Virus record (IMG/VR): IMGVR_UViG_3300012933_000144
Coordinates: 1-40,646 of that record
Length of the DNA: 40,646 nucleotides
DNA from: a virus
Lineage: Duplodnaviria; Caudoviricetes
Reading direction: 5' to 3' (one strand)
The notes beneath the pieces are model-generated. The model made no database searches and was not told the DNA's origin. It saw only the letters and a program-made list of their open reading frames with translations. Made by a program: the position numbers and the translations under genes. Of this stretch, positions 26,378-34,538 are shown one piece after another; the stretch's first letter is position 1, and the number at the start of each line of letters is the position of its first letter.

Positions 26378-26704
26378 TTAATCCAACGCATACCGTGCGT
26401 TTGGGTGTTGATTGACGAATTCGGCGAACTTGTCATAAGGCATGCAAACCAAGTCGACCAAGGTTTCCAATTGGCGTTGTGACGGACCAAAATATCCCGT
26501 ATCGGTTTTTTGTATCCCGTCACAAAGTACGCGTTTGTTTGTTTCATCCAGTACGGCGATACCGTTAAGTTCGGACCCGATAAGGCCAAACGCGTTGTAT
26601 GCGCCGTAAACAATGAAACGATAAACCCCTTGGCCCTTGTCACTTGTCACGTCACGACTAACCCACGTATAGGGTCCGACACTTTTTAAACTTTGAGTTG
26701 TCAT
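26378..26704 (-). CDS. Hypothetical protein (108 aa)
   Basis: AAGGGG RBS before MTTQSLKSVG. Confidence 0.65.
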   Translation of the reverse strand: MTTQSLKSVGPYTWVSRDVTSDKGQGVYRFIVYGAYNAFGLIGSELNGIAVLDETNKRVLCDGIQKTDTGYFGPSQRQLETLVDLVCMPYDKFAEFVNQHPNARYALD

Positions 26705-26718
26705 TGGTTTCCCCTTGG

Positions 26719-27030
26719 TTAGCGTGACGAAATACGAACGGACACAAAAGCCGCGCCTTGGTGCGTATGCGCCGTAATGAGTTGGCGGGACGGTGCGAAG
26801 TGTTCGGCAATTGTTTTCCAATCTGTAGAAATACGACCAGGTGAGTAGATAACGGCGGCTTTGTACAGTTTGCCGACAACCTTGGTTTCGCCGCTATCAC
26901 TTAGGTTTTGTTTGAGTTGGTCCGCCAAGGTTTCTAAGTCCGCTATTTCGGCACGAAGTTGGCCCAAGCGGTCGACGACTTCGCCAAGGGTAATGACGGG
27001 GGATACAACGGGGGAAAGTACTGTTTGCAT
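26719..27030 (-). CDS. Coiled-coil hypothetical protein
   Basis: VDRLGQLRAEIADLE coiled coil and TDWKTIA; AAAAGGTG RBS. Confidence 0.7.
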   Translation of the reverse strand: MQTVLSPVVSPVITLGEVVDRLGQLRAEIADLETLADQLKQNLSDSGETKVVGKLYKAAVIYSPGRISTDWKTIAEHFAPSRQLITAHTHQGAAFVSVRISSR

Positions 27031-27061
27031 GATTGACACCTTTTAAAAAAGAAAAGAACGA

Positions 27062-27220
27062 TTAAATTTTGACTTCTTGCGTGGCGTACACAATAGCCCA
27101 AAAAAAGAATGCGACAAGAATGAACGCGTGGTAGGGGTCGACAAGGCCAAGCATAAGGCCAAGGAAAGTAACGCCAAAACCCAGAACGGCGGCAAAAGCC
27201 ATAAGAGAACGCATAATCAT
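27062..27220 (-). CDS. Small two-TM membrane protein (52 aa), first gene of the cassette
   Basis: MIMRSLMAFAAVLGFGVTFLGLMLGLVDPYHAFILVAFFFWAIVYATQEVKI; shares a 19-bp RBS block with the next gene. Confidence 0.65.
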   Translation of the reverse strand: MIMRSLMAFAAVLGFGVTFLGLMLGLVDPYHAFILVAFFFWAIVYATQEVKI

Positions 27221-27281
27221 GATTGACACCTTTTAACAGTTACCAAGGGTCCGCTTGGTCGGTTTGTCTAAAGACAGTGTA

Positions 27282-27309
27282 AATATACGTCCGTTTTGCA
27301 GCTTGTCTA
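27282..27309 (-). promoter_or_regulatory. Sigma70-like promoter for the leftward cassette
   Basis: Minus strand TAGACA-16-TATATT. Confidence 0.5.
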
Positions 27310-27688
27310 ATTGATTGTTTCTAAGCCGTTTACTGGTTCAATAGCTTTTGATTATGTAGCCACAAAAAGAAAAGAAAAAGATAAACCTTGGGGCCTTGGT
27401 TTGCTCTTCTCATAAGGGATAGATAAGGGGACGGTATAGGGGGATATAGGCGGCTTACCTTGGCTTAGGGCTTAGTCTTGGCCTTGGTTACCTACAAACC
27501 AGATAACCCAAAAAAACCAGATAGACACCCAAACGAACACCGACAAACAAACGCCAAACGCGTGCATGAGACAACATATGCAAAGTTGTGCATAGGTTAG
27601 CCACTTAGCCTTGGCCTTGGTTCGTCGCAGTGCCTAATAGATACTTGCAGTATTATGTAAAGAAGATTAATGCGAATCATTTGCAGTG

Positions 27689-27715
27689 GCTTAAGTTAGT
27701 GAGCGCTTACCAACC
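27689..27715. promoter_or_regulatory. Fourth palindromic site, inverted relative to 24690-24716
   Basis: GCTTAAGTTAGTGAGCGCTTACCAACC matches the reverse complement of 24690-24716 at 24/27. Confidence 0.75.
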
Positions 27716-27774
27716 AAGCGGACGGCTTAGGCCCCCCTTGAGTCATAGCGAGGGGGCGCAGGGACTGGCCTGTA

Positions 27775-27820
27775 AAACACCTATCGAAACTTAGTTCAAA
27801 CACCTATCAAAACATAGTCC
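27775..27820. repeat. Tandem 23-bp imperfect repeat
   Basis: AAACACCTATCGAAACTTAGTTC / AAACACCTATCAAAACATAGTCC (20/23). Confidence 0.75.
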
Positions 27821-27881
27821 AAAAAAAAATTTTATACCCACCAAAAAATAGTTTTGAAAATGTAGATCTATAATCAAAACA

Positions 27882-28067
27882 CATCAAGACGCATGAGGAT
27901 TGCGCCGCAGTCATAGTTGCTGCCTGATTTGAAGGGTCAAGTTAGTCCTCAGTCGTGTTGGTGAATGTGTAGATTGATACACACCATAGGCGTGAGGATG
28001 CAAGTTAGTTCTAGATGCCGCCATGTATGCAGCTTGCAAAGCCTGAGATCAATACAGGCCACCAACA
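27882..28067 (+). ncRNA. Candidate two-domain structured RNA upstream of the packaging operon
   Basis: TATAAT at 27869-27874; stems TGAGGATTG/TAGTCCTCA, TGTTGGTG/CACCAACA, TGTGTA/TACACA, TGCAAGTT/AGCTTGCA, GCCTG/CAGGC. Confidence 0.6.
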
Positions 28068-28109
28068 ACTCTCAAAAAAAATCGCGGTCTTGCTCCGCTG
28101 AAAGGTCTT

Positions 28110-28502
28110 ATGGGACTCCTAGACATGGGCGATATGCCTGAGAAGCCTGAAGAGGCAGGCATAAATGGCTTGAATGCCAAGACCAATGCTGAGATGCGTG
28201 ATACGCTGGTTAAGACTCGGATGCTTGGTCCTGACAAGACTGGTGCTGCTAATGGTGGATACTGGCGTGAATTGGCTAAGGTTTGGCGTATTGCACCCAT
28301 TCAGGCTCGTCGTCGCCTCTGTGCCAATTGCGAGTACTTTGACAATACCCCTGAGATGCTGGCTGAGATGGAGTCAATTCCTGAAGACAGGTTTGATGCT
28401 GATGGCGGTGGTCGAGGCTACTGCCACAAGTTTGAGTTCATTTGCCACAACCTGCGTGTCTGCAAGGCGTGGGAACGTAAAGATTACGAAGAAGCTGAAT
28501 AA
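28110..28502 (+). CDS. Hypothetical protein with HiPIP-like Cys pattern
   Basis: LCANCEYF...GYCHKFEFICHNLRVCKAW. Confidence 0.7.
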   Translation: MGLLDMGDMPEKPEEAGINGLNAKTNAEMRDTLVKTRMLGPDKTGAANGGYWRELAKVWRIAPIQARRRLCANCEYFDNTPEMLAEMESIPEDRFDADGGGRGYCHKFEFICHNLRVCKAWERKDYEEAE

Positions 28503-28511
28503 GGAGCGTTC

Positions 28512-28961
28512 ATGGCTGGTTTTCCAATGCGTCGAGCGTTAGAGAAGAAGATTGAAGAGTTGGGTGGGATTGAGTTTGTCTCGTCCCATATAGCCGAGGG
28601 TATGACTATTGGTCGCCTCGCTGAGTTCATTGAGTGTTCTCGCCCAATGCTGTCCTTTTGGATCAACCAAACTGAAGACCGTAAAAATGCCGTTCTTTCC
28701 GCACGTAAGCTCAAAGCTGAAAAACTGGCTGAAGATGCTTTGGACATCGCTGATTTCGCTGATGGCGCTTCCTCTTCGGCTGTCAACAAGGCTCGTCTAC
28801 AAGTGGATACTCGTAAATGGATGGCTTCTAAACTTGATCCTGAAGGTTTTGGCGAGAAAGCACAAAACGAAGTGAATATCTCCATTGGCGACCTCCACCT
28901 ACAGGCTTTAAAGCATATGGGAAAAGCTATCGAAGCCACAGAAGTCATAGAGAATAACTAA
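28512..28961 (+). CDS. terS: Terminase small subunit
   Basis: N-terminal HTH, EDALDIAD, ARLQVDTRKWMASKLDPEGFG; directly before terL. Confidence 0.85.
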   Translation: MAGFPMRRALEKKIEELGGIEFVSSHIAEGMTIGRLAEFIECSRPMLSFWINQTEDRKNAVLSARKLKAEKLAEDALDIADFADGASSSAVNKARLQVDTRKWMASKLDPEGFGEKAQNEVNISIGDLHLQALKHMGKAIEATEVIENN

Positions 28962-30358
28962 TGGCGACAAACCCGTTTATTGAGTTCATTAAGAAGTACC
29001 GCAATGACCCAGTGTCTTTTGTACGCGAAGTACTTGGAACAGAGCCAGATGAGTGGCAAATCGACTTCCTCAATGCCGTTGCCGCTGGAAATCGAAAGAT
29101 ATCTATCCGCTCAGGTCACGGAGTTGGAAAGTCTACTGCTGGTTCATGGGCCATGCTCTGGTACTTGCTCACTCGATACCCCGTTAAAGTGGTCGTCACG
29201 GCTCCCACGTCCAGCCAACTTTATGATGCCCTCTTTGCAGAATTGAAGCGTTGGGTCAAAGAATTACCTGCGCCTATTCAAGAGCTTCTCGATGTCAAAC
29301 AAGAACGTATCGAACTCAAAGCCTCCGCAACCGAGGCCTTCATTTCTGCTCGAACCTCACGAGCCGAGCAGCCAGAAGCACTCCAAGGTATCCACTCAGA
29401 AAACGTCATGCTCATCGCAGATGAGGCCTCTGGTGTCCCAGAACAGGTGTTTGAAGCTGCTGCTGGCTCTATGTCTGGTCATAGCGCTGTTACTATTTTG
29501 TTTGGTAATCCTGTCCGTTCTAGCGGCTTTTTCTTTGATACACATAACCGTCTAAAAGACGACTGGTGGACAAAACGTGTCTCTTGTGTAGACTCTAAGC
29601 GCGTTTCTGAAGACTTTGTGAACGACATGAAGTCTAGATATGGAGAAGACTCAAATGCTTTCCGCATCCGTGTTCTTGGCGAGTTCCCACGATCTGATGA
29701 CGATACCATCATTCCTATGGACCTCCTTGAATCTGCAAAACACAGGGATGTCGTTGCCTACGAAGATGCACCCATCCTCTGGGGATTGGACGTGGCGCGT
29801 TTTGGGTCAGACTCCTCTGTTCTATGTAAGCGACAATCCAATGTGGTCACCACCCTCGATAAGTGGCGAAACCTCGACCTGATGCAATTGACTGGAGCCG
29901 TAGTTGCCCAATACGAAGCCTGTGGGCCAAAAGAAAAGCCTGTTGAAATCCTTGTCGACTCTATTGGCCTCGGTGCTGGTGTTGTTGACCGTCTACGTGA
30001 GCTTAATCTTCCTGCTCGTGGTATCAATGTGTCTGAGTCTCCCGCTATGGGCCAAACTTATATCAATCTACGTGCAGAACTTTGGGGAAAAGCTAAAGCG
30101 TGGTTGGAAAAACGCGATTGCAAACTTCCGAACAACGAAGACCTAATCGCTGAACTGGCGACAGTCCGTTACTCGTTCAACAGTAGCGGCAAGATGAAAA
30201 TCGAATCCAAAGACGATATTCGTCGTCGTGGCCTCAAATCACCTGACATGGCTGATGCATTTGTATTAACTTTTGCCTCTGATGCTGGTGTTGCAAGCTA
30301 CGGATTCAAACAATCTTGGGGTCAATCGTTAAAACGTAGTATTCGAGGTATCGTTTGA
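28961..30358 (+). CDS. terL: Terminase large subunit
   Basis: SGHGVGKS Walker A, LIADEASG Walker B, FGNP, GLDVARFGSD nuclease motif, SPDMADA. Confidence 0.95.
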   Translation: MATNPFIEFIKKYRNDPVSFVREVLGTEPDEWQIDFLNAVAAGNRKISIRSGHGVGKSTAGSWAMLWYLLTRYPVKVVVTAPTSSQLYDALFAELKRWVKELPAPIQELLDVKQERIELKASATEAFISARTSRAEQPEALQGIHSENVMLIADEASGVPEQVFEAAAGSMSGHSAVTILFGNPVRSSGFFFDTHNRLKDDWWTKRVSCVDSKRVSEDFVNDMKSRYGEDSNAFRIRVLGEFPRSDDDTIIPMDLLESAKHRDVVAYEDAPILWGLDVARFGSDSSVLCKRQSNVVTTLDKWRNLDLMQLTGAVVAQYEACGPKEKPVEILVDSIGLGAGVVDRLRELNLPARGINVSESPAMGQTYINLRAELWGKAKAWLEKRDCKLPNNEDLIAELATVRYSFNSSGKMKIESKDDIRRRGLKSPDMADAFVLTFASDAGVASYGFKQSWGQSLKRSIRGIV

Positions 30359-30401
30359 TTAGTTCTGACTATTGAGATACGATTGGGTAAAGGAGTTTCC
30401 T

Positions 30402-30581
30402 ATGAAATACGATAAAGCGGCAAAGAAAATTGCATCTGTGATGGGCGAGTACAAAGACAAATCATTGCATTCTGGCAAAGGTGGTCCTGTCGTCAAGAAT
30501 CCTAAGCAAGCTATTGCTATTGCCATGTCTGAGGCTAAGATGCCTAAGAAGAAGATGGCGATGAAAGCCAAGAAAGGCTAA
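30402..30581 (+). CDS. Small basic protein, DUF6496-like
   Basis: VMGEYKDKSLHSG...NPKQAIAIAMSEA; AAGGAG RBS. Confidence 0.7.
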   Translation: MKYDKAAKKIASVMGEYKDKSLHSGKGGPVVKNPKQAIAIAMSEAKMPKKKMAMKAKKG

Positions 30582-30583
30582 TC

Positions 30584-30988
30584 ATGGACCCGATTACAGC
30601 CTTCCAAGGACTACTGTCATTCCTTGGAATTAATGCTGGTGGCGCTGCAGCTTTAGGTGGTAATGTGGCTGGAGCAGCTGGTGCTGCCGAAGCTGCTACT
30701 GCTGCTACTCAACCTGCACTTTCTGATGTTGCAATTAAGATGGGTGGCTTTGATGGATTGAAAAAGGCTGGCACATCATTGCTAGACCCAAGCATGGCAC
30801 TGCAAGACAAGTTCAATGTCGTGGCTCCAGAAGCATATAAGCAGTCAATGTCTAGCCAAGCTGACTTCGCTAAACTTCAGCAAGGCGCTCAACCTATGCA
30901 AATGCCTTCATATCAACAGCCATACAGCCAATATCAAGGCGGTGGCATTGAAGAAATTCTCAAGCGCCAGCAAGGTTTGTTGCGCTAA
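30584..30988 (+). CDS. Ala/Gly/Gln-rich hypothetical protein
   Basis: 134 aa with an MDPITA start, between terL and portal. Confidence 0.6.
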   Translation: MDPITAFQGLLSFLGINAGGAAALGGNVAGAAGAAEAATAATQPALSDVAIKMGGFDGLKKAGTSLLDPSMALQDKFNVVAPEAYKQSMSSQADFAKLQQGAQPMQMPSYQQPYSQYQGGGIEEILKRQQGLLR

Positions 30989-30999
30989 TTAGGAACACT

Positions 31000-33246
31000 A
31001 TGTACGACGAAGAAACCAAAGACCCTCTATTGATGGCAGAGATGCTTAAGCGTGAGATGGAGGTCGACGAAGAAGACATCATGACCGAGGAAGAACTCCA
31101 AGGCATTGTCAGCTCTGAGATCTCTGATGCTGTCACCTTTATCGATGAGGACATTGGCGGCCTTCGCGCACAAGCCACTGAGTACTATCTTGGTCAGCCA
31201 TTTGGCGATGAAGAAGAAGGTCGTTCTCAAGTTGTGTCAATGGATGTACACGACACAGTGCAAGGCATGTTGCCAAGCCTGATGCGTATTTTCTTTGGCC
31301 CTGACCGTGTTGTTGAATTTGCTCCTCAAGGCCCAGAAGATGTGGCTCAAGCTAGTCAAGCTACTGACTATTGCGACTTCATTTTCAAGCGCGACAACAA
31401 TGGTTTCAAGATCCTCCATTCCGCATTTAAAGATGCTTTGATCCGTAAAGTCGGCATTGTTAAGTACTGGTGGGATGAGTCTGTATCTGTTAAAGCAGAA
31501 CACTTTACTGGCCTCGATGAAAACAGCATGTTGCTGTTGACTCAAGATCCAGAAGTTGAGATTTCGGCGGTCCGTGAATATCCCATACTCGGGATGCCTC
31601 CTCAAATGAACGAGGCAATGGGTATCATGATGCCGCCACCCATGCAATATGACGTTGAAATCAAACGCCGTATTAAGTCTGGTAAAGTCAAGATCGAAGC
31701 CCTTCCTCCAGAAGAGTTTCTGATTGACCGCCGTGCAAAGTCTATTGATGAAGCAACTTTCGTTGGTCATCGCTCCATGAAGATGGTGTCTGAACTTGTG
31801 GCTATGGGCTACGAGTACGATGATGTCGTCGCTGTGTCTGGTGACGGCTATGAGTTCGACACGAACCAAGAATACCAAGCCCGTAACCCACTGGCTATTG
31901 TTCGCGGCTCTACAAGCCCTGATCCAACAACGAAGCACGTCCTCTACATTGAGTCATACGTCAAAGTTGACTTCGATGGTGACGGCATTGCTGAACTGCG
32001 TAAGATCTGCACGATTGGTAGCTCACACAAGGTTGTTCACAACGAAATCGTTGATGAGCGCCAGTTTGCTGACTTCTGTCCAGATCCAGAGCCACACACA
32101 TTCTTTGGCAACTGCCCTGCTGATGTCACTATGGACATCCAGCGCATCAAGTCAAACATTCAGCGTGGCATGTTGGATTCTTTGAGCCAGTCTATTCACC
32201 CTCGCACAGCGATTGTTGAAGGCCAAGCAAATATTGAAGATGTGTTGAATACTGAAGTCGGTGCGATCATCCGCATGAGAGCGCCTGGCATGGTCCAGCC
32301 GTTCAATATTCCATTCGTTGGAAGCGCTGCCTTCCCAATGTTGGAGTACATGGATGACGTTAAGCAAAACCGTACGGGTATCTCTAAAGCTGCTTCTGGG
32401 CTTGATGCTGATGCTTTGCAATCGACCACGAAAGCGGCTGTAAGCGCCACCGTCAATGCTGCCCACCAGCACATTGAGATGATTGCTCGTATCTTTGCCG
32501 AAACTGGCCTCCGTAAGCTGTTTAGCGGCATCTTGAAGCTCGTCGTTGAGAATCAAGACAAAGAGCGCATGGTCCGACTGAACAACAAGTTTGTCCAGAT
32601 TGACCCACGCTCTTGGGATGCCAATATGGATCTGGTTGTCAACGTAGGCGTTGGAGATGGCACTACTCAAGACCGAGTTGCTGTTTTGGCTATGGTTGCC
32701 GCCCGTCAAGAAGAGATCATGAAGACAGGCGGGTTCAATAACCCCGTGGTTTCATTGCCTCAGTACACAAATACTTTGACAAAGATGCTTGAGTTGTCTG
32801 GTTTGAAAGACAGCCAGAACTACTTTACTCAGTTGCCACCTGACTTCCAATTGCCAGAAACACCTCCTAAGAAGACCCCTGAAGAGATGTTGGCAGAAGT
32901 ACAAGCCCAGTCTATCCAAGCTGACATCCAGAAGAAGGCTGCTGAGTTGGAGTTGAAGCGCGATGAAATGATGCGTGCTGATGACCGTGAGCGTGACCGT
33001 ATCGAGCAGGACGGAATACTTCGTCGCTACGAAATGGAATTGAAATACAATACACAAATTCAAACGGCAGAAATTAATGCCGCCTTGAATAAAAACCGTG
33101 AATTAGAAAATCAACAAGCTCAACAAGACCAAGCAGCGATTGATGAGTACAACCGTCAACAACAGGCGTACATGCAAACGGTTCAAGATCAACAAGCGTT
33201 CCAACAAACTCAGCAAGAGCCAGCAGTCCCACCACAAGGGTTCTAA
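31000..33246 (+). CDS. Portal protein (P22-like, long C-terminal barrel)
   Basis: 748 aa; GRSQVVS.DV.DTV...PSLMRIF, DALIRKVGIVK, Gln-rich coiled-coil tail; lies between terL and scaffold. Confidence 0.9.
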   Translation: MYDEETKDPLLMAEMLKREMEVDEEDIMTEEELQGIVSSEISDAVTFIDEDIGGLRAQATEYYLGQPFGDEEEGRSQVVSMDVHDTVQGMLPSLMRIFFGPDRVVEFAPQGPEDVAQASQATDYCDFIFKRDNNGFKILHSAFKDALIRKVGIVKYWWDESVSVKAEHFTGLDENSMLLLTQDPEVEISAVREYPILGMPPQMNEAMGIMMPPPMQYDVEIKRRIKSGKVKIEALPPEEFLIDRRAKSIDEATFVGHRSMKMVSELVAMGYEYDDVVAVSGDGYEFDTNQEYQARNPLAIVRGSTSPDPTTKHVLYIESYVKVDFDGDGIAELRKICTIGSSHKVVHNEIVDERQFADFCPDPEPHTFFGNCPADVTMDIQRIKSNIQRGMLDSLSQSIHPRTAIVEGQANIEDVLNTEVGAIIRMRAPGMVQPFNIPFVGSAAFPMLEYMDDVKQNRTGISKAASGLDADALQSTTKAAVSATVNAAHQHIEMIARIFAETGLRKLFSGILKLVVENQDKERMVRLNNKFVQIDPRSWDANMDLVVNVGVGDGTTQDRVAVLAMVAARQEEIMKTGGFNNPVVSLPQYTNTLTKMLELSGLKDSQNYFTQLPPDFQLPETPPKKTPEEMLAEVQAQSIQADIQKKAAELELKRDEMMRADDRERDRIEQDGILRRYEMELKYNTQIQTAEINAALNKNRELENQQAQQDQAAIDEYNRQQQAYMQTVQDQQAFQQTQQEPAVPPQGF

Positions 33247-33522
33247 ATGGACGAATTAGAGATTAATTTGCAGCGCGGTGATCGTGCCAAGCTGCTTCTC
33301 GAAGATGAGCTTCTCAATGAGATGCTCAAAAAGATTGAAGAGGATTGCTTCCGTGAAATCCGTGCTTCTACCCTTCTCGAAGGCGAAGTCCGTGAGAAAG
33401 CGTATTTAATCCTGAAGACCGTAGATATTCTGAAAACGAAGTTGCGGTCTGTTTACGATACTGGCAAGATGGCAGAAGTTACTCTTGCAAAGCGCCGTGG
33501 TCGTCCACCACTGGCAAAATGA
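33247..33522 (+). CDS. Small head-module protein
   Basis: RAKLLLEDELL...REKAY; lies between portal and scaffold. Confidence 0.7.
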   Translation: MDELEINLQRGDRAKLLLEDELLNEMLKKIEEDCFREIRASTLLEGEVREKAYLILKTVDILKTKLRSVYDTGKMAEVTLAKRRGRPPLAK

Positions 33523-33542
33523 TTTTTAACTAAGAGGTGAAT

Positions 33543-34529
33543 ATGTCCGATAACGCACAAGCAATCGGGATGAGTGTGAATGATGCAGCGCAAAGTTTTG
33601 CTTCCATGCTAGACACCGAAGAGGCTGTTGACACTGGTGCAGAGGCGCAAACTACTGAAGAGGAAACTCTGGAAGTAGAGTCTGATGATTTGGAATCTGT
33701 GGAGCCGCAAGATGAAGCAGAAGAAGATTCAGAAGACGTAGAAAGCGAAGAAGAGGAAACCGAAGAGGAAGCACCTGTTGAATCCAAGTTTGTCGTCAAA
33801 GTTGATGGCAAGGAGCTTGAGGTTGACAAGGAAGAGCTAATCCGAGGCTACCAACGCGAAGCTGACTACACTAGGAAAACGCAGAAACTGGCAGAAGAGC
33901 GCCGTCAGGTGGAGTCTGAGTTTCAGCAAGTACTAGCAGAGCGAGAGCAATATGCTCAAGTTCTTGGACAATTGAAACAGAAGGTGCAGGAATTTGAACC
34001 TGCTGAACCTGACTGGAATGCTTTAGAAGCTCAAGACCCAGTTGAATACGCCCGTCAATGGACGCACTTCCAACGCCGTCAACAGCAGATGCAAGCTATC
34101 CAACAGGAAGAAGCACGAGTCAATGCATTGCGCCAACAGGAAACTCAGAAACATTTGCAAGCTATGCTGGTAGCTGAACGAGACAAGCTCTTGGAGAAAA
34201 TCCCAGAGTGGAAATCTCCTGAAAAAGCCAAAGCAGAGCGTTCTAGTGTTCTTGAGTATGGCAAAGAGTTGGGATTCTCTGATGCAGAGTTGGATCAGGT
34301 CACCGACAGTCGTGCAGTAGTTGCTTTGTATAAAGCAATGAAATATGACCAGTTGATGAGTAAAAAACCTGAGCTTCAATCGAAGATCAAGAAGGCTCCT
34401 AAGTTGTTGTCCCCTGGCTCCTCTGGCTCAGTTTCGTCTAAGAGTTCGGACAAGGCTCGCGCACAAACCCGTCTTGCACAAACTGGTAGCGTTAAAGACG
34501 CTGCTGCCCTTTTCGACAAATTTATCTAA
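33543..34529 (+). CDS. Capsid scaffolding protein
   Basis: Acidic N-terminus, VKVDGKELEV..EELIRGYQREADYTRKTQ, coiled coil; precedes the major capsid gene. Confidence 0.85.
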   Translation: MSDNAQAIGMSVNDAAQSFASMLDTEEAVDTGAEAQTTEEETLEVESDDLESVEPQDEAEEDSEDVESEEEETEEEAPVESKFVVKVDGKELEVDKEELIRGYQREADYTRKTQKLAEERRQVESEFQQVLAEREQYAQVLGQLKQKVQEFEPAEPDWNALEAQDPVEYARQWTHFQRRQQQMQAIQQEEARVNALRQQETQKHLQAMLVAERDKLLEKIPEWKSPEKAKAERSSVLEYGKELGFSDAELDQVTDSRAVVALYKAMKYDQLMSKKPELQSKIKKAPKLLSPGSSGSVSSKSSDKARAQTRLAQTGSVKDAAALFDKFI

Positions 34530-34538
34530 GGAACCATC

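Noticed and set aside
24690-27715. Transposon or IS bounded by inverted repeats
   Set aside because: No transposase or recombinase inside or elsewhere and no evident target duplication; the repeats are themselves palindromic and have extra internal copies.
27956-28067. Canonical tRNA gene
   Set aside because: It is cloverleaf-like but lacks the TTC T-loop, the D-loop GG and a 7-nt anticodon loop; kept as a structured RNA candidate.
31237-33063. Several long minus-strand ORFs within the portal gene
   Set aside because: Antisense shadows without RBS or domain signal.
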